From the NCBI GenBank assembly GCA_964348015.1, contig CAYGBC010000050.1, forward strand, positions 35,643 to 99,642: a stretch of DNA of 64,000 bases, read 5' to 3'. This stretch comes from an uncultured Eubacteriales bacterium (GTDB lineage Bacteria; Acidobacteriota; Aminicenantia; Aminicenantales; Aminicenantaceae). A model generated the notes under the pieces. That model worked only from the letters and a program-made list of their open reading frames with translations. It ran no database searches and had not been told where the DNA came from. This document shows, one piece after another, positions 46,316 through 55,600 of this stretch. Within the stretch, counting starts at the first letter, position 1; every line of letters starts with the position of its first letter. Made by a program: the position numbers and the translations under genes.

Positions 46316-46984
46316 TTAAACGATCTGGTTGATGGCATGCGCAAGTATTATCCTGGGGAGGAGAACAGGGCAGGGGAGAGTAGTTTGAAGCTGCCGCTTA
46401 TCCTGTTCCGTGTATCCGATACAGTCGAGAACAACCGCCTCCACTTTATTTTCTTTCAGGTTTTGAGCGATTTCCTCCCAGCTTTTCCCTTCGCCGTAGG
46501 GAGATTTCGCTACTGCTGTGACTTTTTCAACGTCCCATTTTTTCTCTGAAATTTTCATCTGGCCTTCCAGAGGAACGACCACTCCGAGATTGTGAATCTG
46601 TAAGGCTTGAGTGACGAGAAAGTGCAGATAAATATGAGGGAATATTACCGGAAAGGAAAACTGTGTTTCGTGAAACTCATGCGTGCAGAGGACTCCGACC
46701 GCTCTGACATCCCTCTTTGTTCTCATGAGATCAACGGCTTCATGGAAAAAAGGACCGATTTTATTTTCACTCAGTTGAACCTGGCTCCCGTCTTTGGTCC
46801 GGGTGACCAGAGAGACTTCTCCGAATTCAGGCTTGAACAGATCGATTTCCTCAGGGGGCATGCCGTCCAATAATCCCTGCTCATCAATCACTATTTGGGG
46901 AAGAAGATAAGGCCTCATTTCAGGAATCACGTCCTCTCGTGGAGACTGGCCGATTGTGAAAAGTCCGATTTTAACTGGATCCAT
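46316..46984 (-). CDS. AroM-family protein
   Basis: IGLFTIGQSPREDVIPEM near the N-terminus and VVLDCIGYT near the C-terminus resemble AroM family as I recall it. Confidence 0.55.
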   Translation of the reverse strand: MDPVKIGLFTIGQSPREDVIPEMRPYLLPQIVIDEQGLLDGMPPEEIDLFKPEFGEVSLVTRTKDGSQVQLSENKIGPFFHEAVDLMRTKRDVRAVGVLCTHEFHETQFSFPVIFPHIYLHFLVTQALQIHNLGVVVPLEGQMKISEKKWDVEKVTAVAKSPYGEGKSWEEIAQNLKENKVEAVVLDCIGYTEQDKRQLQTTLPCPVLLPRIILAHAINQIV

Positions 46985-47120
46985 CCTGCATTCTCGATGT
47001 TCGTAATGGTGTTCGCTATATATATAACAGTTTAGTCAATTTTAGAACAGGATTATGGCCATTTTTTTGTTTATTTTTGTTGAAATTGATCCATATTTTT
47101 TACTTTCCAGCCTTAGCCTG

Positions 47121-48062
47121 TTATTCTTTGCCGGTTGTTTTGAAATGCTCCAATGAGCCGTAAAGAGAAATGAGCCTCTGGAATTCTTTATCGTCATAAA
47201 AAGAACATTTTCCCCCTCCGAATGCTTTGGCCGTTTCAACCACAAACCGGACTGCCAATTCAATATCCACACAGTGGTTGGCGCCGGTTGCACACCCGGG
47301 CACGGGAACTTCTGTTGTGATAGCCACCCCCACGACAGGGGAGCTGGTTGCAGTGGCGGGCTGCAGGATACTGTTGAGATGGTAAATCTCATTCCCGTAG
47401 GGGGTGATATCCTGTGTTGTGATGGGAAAAACCACGGGCATTTTGCCGGTCACATTCTGCATGACGTCCAGCAGGTCTTCGCTCACTCTGAGGATGTACC
47501 CATCCTTCACAGTCGGGGAGATGGCGAATCCGCGGCAGTTGATAACGCGGTTGCCCTTTGTGGTGTCGATTGAGAGGATCGCCTCCATTCGTTCATCCAC
47601 CTCAAATTTATTCATCGTTTCCATGGACACAGGAGCATCCATGAACGGCACCGGTTCATGCGGAATGATGGGGGAGTGGGGGCAGAGATGCGTGGCGATG
47701 ATCACTTTTCCTTGAAGCGCGTCTCCTCTTTTTCTCATATGCGCAATCTTGGCAGCGGAAGCCAGAGCTGTGATCGCGCCGTCCGCATCCGAGACGAGTC
47801 CGGTTTTATGGGGCCTGGCCCCGATCCCACCCAGACGCCCGATGAGGCCCAATGTCGGAGATTTTTGAGTCTTTGATGTTGCGCCTTCTCCTTGAATGAT
47901 GATCTTCATAAACAGTGTCTCGCCCTTGTCTTCCTTGATGTTCTGAATTTCGATCTCCGATTCCTCGAGTCCGCGAGCAAAGAAATAGTTTTTTAACTCG
48001 TCCGGATCAATTTTGGGAGCATCGAGCAGTTCATACACTTCTATGACCTGTTTGAATGCCAT
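47121..48062 (-). CDS. Conserved protein of unknown function (DUF1177-like)
   Basis: 313 aa with GRLGGIGARPHKTGLVSDADGAITAL. I recall this family co-occurring with AroM-family genes. The assignment is from memory and is uncertain. Confidence 0.45.
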   Translation of the reverse strand: MAFKQVIEVYELLDAPKIDPDELKNYFFARGLEESEIEIQNIKEDKGETLFMKIIIQGEGATSKTQKSPTLGLIGRLGGIGARPHKTGLVSDADGAITALASAAKIAHMRKRGDALQGKVIIATHLCPHSPIIPHEPVPFMDAPVSMETMNKFEVDERMEAILSIDTTKGNRVINCRGFAISPTVKDGYILRVSEDLLDVMQNVTGKMPVVFPITTQDITPYGNEIYHLNSILQPATATSSPVVGVAITTEVPVPGCATGANHCVDIELAVRFVVETAKAFGGGKCSFYDDKEFQRLISLYGSLEHFKTTGKE

Positions 48063-48065
48063 GGC

Positions 48066-49598
48066 TCACTCCTTTTCAGGGAAAATTTTCATGATTATGT
48101 AATAGAGAATGATCGAAGCAAGAATTCCGTTAAAGGCAAAGACAGAGAAAGGAAAAATCTTGATTGTGAACGGGTGTCCGGAAGTCGTCCAGCCTATGAG
48201 AAAAGCAGTAAGATAGACGCCCAAAGCTTTGGCGTTGACTCTGGACAATGCCTTCCCCCTAAAATCTGACTTTCGCATCCTTCGCAGGAGATAATAGTCG
48301 CATATGAAGATTCCGCCGATCGGCCCGATACTCACGGCTAAAATTGTTAAAAACAACTCGAGCCCCTCCAGGATGCCGAGCGCGGCGAACAGGGAGGCCA
48401 CCACACCCGCGATGATCGTGATGATCCACCTCTTTGTCCGGAAAATATTATTCAAAGCGAGCACAGAGGAGTAAATATTGCTGTCGTTTGTTGTCCATTG
48501 AGCCAGGAGGAGGACAAGGAAACCGATAAATCCCAATCCCAGGTACTGGTTGTCGATGATGAGCTCAGGAAGCCTCTCATGGTAGACGCCGGTGTTCATG
48601 GCGAGCACTGAGCCGACCAGATGAAGGAAGGCGCTGGCCGCCATGGCGACCGATGCCGCAAGGAAGATGTCTTTTATTCGCGGTTTGGCATACCGGAAGA
48701 TATCCGCGCTTGTTATCGCTCCAACGATGAATCCTCCCGCCACGATTGAAGCCGCCGCGCCTAAAGTGACCGGATAGGGATTCGGCTGGTGCTCGAGCGC
48801 TAAGGAGACCAGAGTTTCAGACGGAAGAAAATTGAAGCCCATTTTGATCATTCCCCAGATAAAGATGAGGATCATGAATGGAGAGGCGATCCAGCTGAGA
48901 ACGCTCAATCCTCGAATTCCGAAAATGGCCGGGAGCATCATCAGGATTCCGCACACAAAAGAGAAAACTGGCAGGTGGAAATCCGTTTCCAGATAGAATT
49001 GAATCGTGCGGGCAAAAAAGGCGGCCTGCACGCCGAACCAGCCGATGAGAGAGAATGCGATAGAAAGAGAGACCAGGATGGCGCCGATCCGCCCGAACGA
49101 GAAATTCGCTATTAATGGAGTAGAAAACCCTGTTTTTGCCCCGATGTAACCTGTCAGCCCCATCATCGCGATGAGGATAAACTCCCCAAGGATGTAGGAG
49201 AGGATCACACTGGATACTTTCCCCAGTCCCAGACCGACCATCATCCCGCGAAAAATGGCAGACATGACGACAGCGATACCGATCCAGATCACAGCCAGAT
49301 GGATCCATGTTTTTCTCTGGCTGAGAGGGACGGATTCTAAGGAATAATCTTCCAGTACCTGGGAAGTTCCCCTTGGCCTTTCCATCAGTAAAGTAATATA
49401 CAAAAATGCATTCCCCGTCAATGAAGGAACGAATTTTATCTCATTGGGGGAAAGCGCGGCAATCCCACAAGATAGGCCAAATGGGATTAAGGTGCCATTG
49501 GCGCTACAGTGCGGCAGTCTCGTCGATGGGGCATTGTGAATTCCGTGTGCATAGCCGATAAAATCCTCATAACTTTTCTCATTCTTGGTATTTGACAT
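48066..49598 (-). CDS. NCS1-family (purine-cytosine/allantoin/hydantoin type) permease
   Basis: 510 aa with about 12 TM segments. The entry motif SVPLSQRKTWIHLAVIWIGIAV is typical of NCS1/CodB-like permeases. A 3-nt gap separates it from the next gene. Confidence 0.7.
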   Translation of the reverse strand: MSNTKNEKSYEDFIGYAHGIHNAPSTRLPHCSANGTLIPFGLSCGIAALSPNEIKFVPSLTGNAFLYITLLMERPRGTSQVLEDYSLESVPLSQRKTWIHLAVIWIGIAVVMSAIFRGMMVGLGLGKVSSVILSYILGEFILIAMMGLTGYIGAKTGFSTPLIANFSFGRIGAILVSLSIAFSLIGWFGVQAAFFARTIQFYLETDFHLPVFSFVCGILMMLPAIFGIRGLSVLSWIASPFMILIFIWGMIKMGFNFLPSETLVSLALEHQPNPYPVTLGAAASIVAGGFIVGAITSADIFRYAKPRIKDIFLAASVAMAASAFLHLVGSVLAMNTGVYHERLPELIIDNQYLGLGFIGFLVLLLAQWTTNDSNIYSSVLALNNIFRTKRWIITIIAGVVASLFAALGILEGLELFLTILAVSIGPIGGIFICDYYLLRRMRKSDFRGKALSRVNAKALGVYLTAFLIGWTTSGHPFTIKIFPFSVFAFNGILASIILYYIIMKIFPEKE

Positions 49599-49791
49599 AC
49601 CATATCCCCTGTGCTATAAGTTTTGCGGGGGAGAGAAGAGTAATGAAAAAAAAGCAAGGAAATTTGAAAATCAGAGAGAAAATAACTCGGTGTTCTGCAA
49701 TGAGAGGATGTTATTTTTTTTCTATAATTAATTTTCAATCTGTCCACACTCACTTTCCTCCCTCAAAACTTATTCTCCACTCATAAAACAA

Positions 49792-52578
49792 ATGATTGCT
49801 TCCGGAAACAAAGTCAAGCACTACGAAATCCTTGAACAGATCGGCAAGGGAGGAATGGGGGAAGTCTATCTGGCTCAGGATACAGTGCTCGACCGCAAGG
49901 TTGCGATTAAATTCCTCCCTGAAGAGATGCAGATAGATGCCAAGGCACGAGTCCGTCTTGTGCGCGAAGCCAAGGCCGCGGCCTCTTTGGACCATCCGTT
50001 CATATGCAAAATCTACGAGACCGGAGAGTTCGAAGGGAAAGCGTTCATCGTGATGGAATATATCGAAGGCAAGGATCTCAAGGAAAAATTAGAGGAGGGA
50101 GTCCTCCCCCTCAGGGATTCTCTTGAAATGGCATTAGAAATCGCAGAGGCTTTAGAAGAGGCGCATGAAAAAGGCATCGTCCATCGCGACTTAAAGCCCT
50201 CAAATGTCATGATCACACCGCGGGGGCATGTCAAAGTCATGGATTTTGGCCTGGCCAAACATTTTCTGACCGAAGGTGAAGGGGATATCACTCAAACACT
50301 GACACAGGATTCGATAACGGGACAAGGGGCCATAGTGGGCACCTTAGCCTACATGTCTCCGGAACAGGCTCGAGGAGAAATGGTTGATGCCAGAAGTGAT
50401 ATTTTTTCTTTAGGAATACTCATCTACGAGATGACAACAGGAAGACATCCGTTTTCGAAAGCCAATCCATTAGAAACTTTGACTTCGATCCTCAGGGATG
50501 CCACACCCGCAGTGAATATCACGCCCAAAATGATGAATCCAATACTCAGCCCCATACTGCGCAAAGCCCTGGCCAAAGAGCCTGAGAACAGATACCAAAA
50601 TATAAAAGATTTAATCGATGACATCAAAAAACTTCTGAGGGAGGCTGCAGGAAGAGCTCGCTTTATATTCCGCCCGGTGCCTGTGATAATCGGAGGGATC
50701 GTCATCGTGGCCATGCTGCTGACTGGAGTATGGTTATTTACCCGGCGGCCCGAGCCCAACCTTCCGGCGTACTCCCCCGTAAAGCTATCCATTCTCGTCG
50801 CAGATTTTGAGAACAAAACAGGCGATCCTGTGTTTGATGGGGCTCTCGAACAGGCGTTTGGGCTTGGTTTGGATGCGCCTCTGATATCCATTTATGATCG
50901 TCCAACAGCTCGAAAGTTGATGAAACAATTGTCTCCGGGAGCCGACAATAAGCTGGATGTGGAACAGGCTAAATTAATATCCGCAAGAGAAGGAATTGAT
51001 GTGATTGTGGCGGCATCGATTGAACCCAAAGGGGAGGGGTATGTCATCAAAGTCTGGGCGATAGACTCTGTCACATCCAGAAAGATTGTGGAACGCACAG
51101 CGACGATCAAAACAAAGGCGGATGTGCTTCAAGCCGTCCCCACGCTCGCAGCTGAACTGAGATCAGAATTGAGCGGTATGCCGTTAGACTCCACTGAAAC
51201 TTTGGAGCAGGAAACAACGACCACAACCTCACTAGGCGCGTTGAATGCGTACACGCGAGCTCAGGAGCTCGCTGCGGAAGGCAAACAAGAAGAAGCCATC
51301 GAGGAATACAAGCGCGCCATCGAAGAAGATCCGAATTTCGGTCGTCCTTACTCAGGTCTTGCCACGATCTACTTAAACCGAGGTGAATACGAGAAAAGCG
51401 AGGAGTACCTCAAAAAGGCCTTAATTCATATTGATACAATGACAGAGCGGGAAAGATATCGAACTCGAAGCCTTTGGTATGTTTTAACACGGGATTATAA
51501 CAAACTCATCGAAGAGAGCAGTGCGCTTGTAGAAAAGTTTCCTGCTGATTCTGCTGGACATGGAAATCTATCATACGCTTATTTCATGGTTAGAAACATG
51601 TCCAAAGCCGCCGAACACGGAGAAATAATGGCGGAGCTCTTTCCTGAGAACGTGAACGCTAGATACAATTTGAGCTGGTATGCATTGGGCTCTTGTGATT
51701 TTGAATTGGCCAAGCGGGAAGCCAATAAGGCGCTGGAACTTGACCCAAAATATGAGCAGGCCTATATTACACTGGCGCTTTCGGAGCTGGGTCTGGAACA
51801 GCCCTCGCAAGCGGAAAATACCTATGAGCAGCTCAAGACTTTGAGTTCTTGGGGAGCTTCCCTGGGAACAATGGGTTTAGCGGACATCGCTCTGTATGAA
51901 GGGCGTCTGGAAGGCGCCAAGAAGATTCTTGAGGAAGGAATTGACAAAGATTTAGAGAACAAGAGACCCGACTTGGCTGCGCATAAAAAGGTCATGCTGG
52001 CTCATGCGTATCTTTTTCTCGGGCAGAATGACCTTGCCCTTCAACTCGCAGATCAGGCCTATGCAGAAAGAAAAGAAATTGATGTGAAGATTCCTGTTTC
52101 ACTGATCTATCTGGAACTCGGAAGAGTTGATAAAGCCGATTCTGTCGCATCGGAGCTCAACAAACTGCTTGAATCCGAGCCCCGAGCTTACTCAAAAATA
52201 ATCCAAGGTGAAATAGCAAAGAAGCAGGGCGATATACCAAAAGCGTTAGAATTTTTTAATGAGTCTCAGCAGTTGCTTGATACCTGGCTTGTTCATTTAT
52301 CTTTAGGAAAAGCCTATCTTGAAGCCAAAGCTTTCACGAAAGCCCACTCAGAGTTTGAAATATGTCTAAAACGAAGAGGGGAGACAGCTTCTGTCTTCTT
52401 TAATGATTATCCCTCATTCTTCTATTTTCCTCAGGTCCATTATTATTTGGGACGCACTCTAGAAGGACTCGGGAGTCCTGCGGCTGCAGATGCCTACCAA
52501 AAATTTCTCCAAATCAAATTGAAGGGCGAGGAGGAATGGATGATCGGTGATGCGCGCAGGCGGCTGAGATCTCTCTGA
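49792..52578 (+). CDS. Hanks-type Ser/Thr kinase with TM segment, LpoB/TolB-N-like module and extracytoplasmic TPR array
   Basis: Motifs seen: GKGGMGEVYLA, AIK, HRDLKPSNVMI, DFG, AYMSPE. The TM segment is VPVIIGGIVIVAMLLTGVWLF. About 450 aa of TPR-like repeats follow. Confidence 0.9.
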   Translation: MIASGNKVKHYEILEQIGKGGMGEVYLAQDTVLDRKVAIKFLPEEMQIDAKARVRLVREAKAAASLDHPFICKIYETGEFEGKAFIVMEYIEGKDLKEKLEEGVLPLRDSLEMALEIAEALEEAHEKGIVHRDLKPSNVMITPRGHVKVMDFGLAKHFLTEGEGDITQTLTQDSITGQGAIVGTLAYMSPEQARGEMVDARSDIFSLGILIYEMTTGRHPFSKANPLETLTSILRDATPAVNITPKMMNPILSPILRKALAKEPENRYQNIKDLIDDIKKLLREAAGRARFIFRPVPVIIGGIVIVAMLLTGVWLFTRRPEPNLPAYSPVKLSILVADFENKTGDPVFDGALEQAFGLGLDAPLISIYDRPTARKLMKQLSPGADNKLDVEQAKLISAREGIDVIVAASIEPKGEGYVIKVWAIDSVTSRKIVERTATIKTKADVLQAVPTLAAELRSELSGMPLDSTETLEQETTTTTSLGALNAYTRAQELAAEGKQEEAIEEYKRAIEEDPNFGRPYSGLATIYLNRGEYEKSEEYLKKALIHIDTMTERERYRTRSLWYVLTRDYNKLIEESSALVEKFPADSAGHGNLSYAYFMVRNMSKAAEHGEIMAELFPENVNARYNLSWYALGSCDFELAKREANKALELDPKYEQAYITLALSELGLEQPSQAENTYEQLKTLSSWGASLGTMGLADIALYEGRLEGAKKILEEGIDKDLENKRPDLAAHKKVMLAHAYLFLGQNDLALQLADQAYAERKEIDVKIPVSLIYLELGRVDKADSVASELNKLLESEPRAYSKIIQGEIAKKQGDIPKALEFFNESQQLLDTWLVHLSLGKAYLEAKAFTKAHSEFEICLKRRGETASVFFNDYPSFFYFPQVHYYLGRTLEGLGSPAAADAYQKFLQIKLKGEEEWMIGDARRRLRSL

Positions 52579-52624
52579 TTTTCTTCTCTTTTTTCCTTTT
52601 TTCTCTGCGATGAGCTGATTCTAC

Positions 52625-55600
52625 TTATTTATCATATTTAACAACTGCAAACACTGTGGGAATCGTATCCTTCTCACTGTAACCCACCACAAAGATTCCT
52701 GTTTCGCTTAACGCCATATCTCTGGCCACATCATCCTTCCCTGAAGGACCATCATACTGGGCTATCCAAATTATATTTCCGGAGGTGTCGTATTTGATGA
52801 GGAAGAAATCTTTATCTGCGGCGAGTTCATTTTCTTCTGTTGTGATAAAACCCGCCACATAGACATCCGCACCGTCAAAAGCTATGGCAACAGCTTCGTC
52901 ATTTCCGAATTTGCCATCATGACGTTCAACCCATGATTGAATTCCATCACTGGAATATTTGACTGTCGCGTAGTCAAGCCCATTAGTCCCTGAACTTTTC
53001 CCTGTCACATAAACGTCACCTGTGGATTCATCAACAGCAATGGCGGCAGCAACATCCTCCCCATTTCCCGTGCCGTTATAAAATCTGCCTCCTGGCCAGA
53101 GAACAGTTCCGTTTTCGTCATACTTCACAGTGTAGTAGTCTGTTCCATTTGTATCGCCTGAAGTGTATCCCGTGACATAGATATACACAGCACCTAACGG
53201 GTCTTCATAAAGAGCCATGTCAGTGGGTTCGTCGTCCCCGAAGTGAGGTCCGTCATCCCTTACGAGCCATTGGAAATTTCCAGAGCTGTCATATTTTATT
53301 GTGACGTAATCATGACTGGTCTCTTCGTCATTTTTTGAACTCTCTTGACTCTTCCCGGTGACGTAGACATTTCCTGCACTATCCACAGCTATCGCAGTCG
53401 CCACATCATTGCCGTTTCTCGTAGAATCGTATCCTTCCTCCCAGATGATGTCTCCTGATAGGCGGCTGTATTTTATCGTCGTGTAGTCTGCGTGTTTTTT
53501 CACGTTTCCTCTGTGGACAAATCCTGCCCCATGAGGATTCCCCTCGCTGTCGAGAGCTAAATCATTCCCCCCATCGCCCAGATGGGACGGGCCGTCATAC
53601 CGGTTTTCCCAGATTATATGTCCATCGGCAAGATCATATTTGACGGTGCAGATGTCCTGGCCTTCACCCGTGGGGTCTCCCAGACTTGTGCCCGTGACAT
53701 AGACGCCAGATGAATCAACGGCGATGGCACTCGGCACGTCATCTCCATTCCCAGGACCATTATAAGTTTGGCCCTCAAGCCAGAGTTTATTGCCATCCGC
53801 GTCATATTTCACAGTATAATAATCTTTCCCGGTCCCGTCGCCATAAGTGAATCCCGTCACATAGAGATTTCCTGAAGAATCTGTGGTTGCGGCAACCGCT
53901 TCACCGTCCACTCCCTCGACAGCCCATATGTGTACTTTGGGATGTATTGTAATGGTAAATGTTTCCGTTTCAGGGGAGCGCTGATAACATTCTGATGAGA
54001 AGTTATCCGTAACTTCAACTGTGATGTCGTAAGTTTGTGGATACGTGGCATCTGGATCGAATATTGGAGTCCCTGTAATTGATACATTATATCCAATTCC
54101 TTCAGAAGGGCTCAAAGCCAATCCAGGTGGTAATCCCTTAACAGTCCAGGAGGGGACTGCTTCCGCATTGCTGACAGAAAAAGTAGCGGTTTCGTAAGGA
54201 GAGCCAAGCTGCCCATCGGGAAGCGACGATGGGTCGGCGCTGATTTCGAGTTCTAATGGCATAATGCAGAGGTCGAATTCTTTTTCTGCTTTATGAACCC
54301 AAGTGATAAAGTCATCTGTAACCGTAACCTTGACTTTAAAATCACCTGCAAGTTGAGGTACACCACCAATGTCCATTATCTCACCATTGCTACCGCTAAT
54401 TAATGTTGTAAGACCGAGGCTTACAGGATTTCCATACTTATCAGTTTCAGACAAGCTCCAACTATACGGAGGCACACCTCCACTGGCATCAAATGAAACA
54501 TTGTTGCTGTAATCCTGCATCTTAAGCCCATCAGGAGCATCTGGCGGTATCATTATGATCTTTATAGGCTCAGGATCATCGATAAAAAGAGTAAATTTTT
54601 GCGTGTCTGATTCTCCTAAGTTATCAGTGACCTTTACCGTGAAGGAGAAATCTCCTGCTTCTTTTGGAGTCCCGTAAATCTCTCCGTTTCCACTTAAGTA
54701 CATTTCAACTGGCAAGGAGCCATCATATAAACTCCATGAATAAGGTTCTGTGCCACCGATCGCTCTCAAGGTTTCGCCGGTATACGCGACACCGGCTTTT
54801 CCGTCATCCAGGGAATCTGGCAGAATTTGGAGCGTGATAGCAACTAAGCTGCCTTCTGTTGATGAATGAGACACAACCACAGCTCCGACATTGTCCGCAT
54901 AATCTTCGGGATTTGAGTTTGATGGAGTGCCGTTTGAAGTTCCGGACGAGCCCCCAAAACTGCCGAAACCTATGAAGCTGCCAAAATTTCCGAAGCCAAC
55001 GAATCCCCCGGGGGAAGGCGCAGAAGTCTTTGTATCGATAACGCGGAGTAGAACGATCGCTTCTTCTCCCGGCACAAGAGAGAATGTCGCGTTTGTAAAA
55101 TCCTCATTCGCAAGCTCAGGATCGACAATTTTTTCATAACTCGAAATGTCCGGACTGACATCGGGATTCACGATATTTATAAGGAGTTCATGCTGTTCCT
55201 CTTGCTGCAGAGTGCACTGTCCGTCTGTTCCAGGTGTCTTGTGAACTTTGTAGACAAGAAGCTGATTGTAATAACCGTAGGGCAGTTCATCTCCTGCAAT
55301 AGTTTTCAGAGTATACGATGAACCCGTATCGCCTGAGTTTGTCACTCTCCAGATTTTATCAACAATTTCCGATCCATCTTTTGTATTGGTATTGAATACA
55401 GCGGGATTTAAGATATTGGCGTTGAACACAGCGGGGTTGAACACAGCGGGGTTGAACACAGCAGGATTGAACACAGCAGGATTGAACACCGCGGGATTGA
55501 ACACAGCGGGGTTGAACACAGCAGGATTGAACACCGCAGGATTGAACACAGCGGGATTGATGAGGTTCGTCTCAGGTGCAGGTATGCCCTCTGGGCTTGA

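Noticed and set aside
48817-49308. 163-aa same-strand alternative-frame ORF inside the NCS1 permease gene
   Set aside because: It is out of frame with a continuous 510-aa multi-TM protein. It has an R/H/G-rich composition and no independent start signals.
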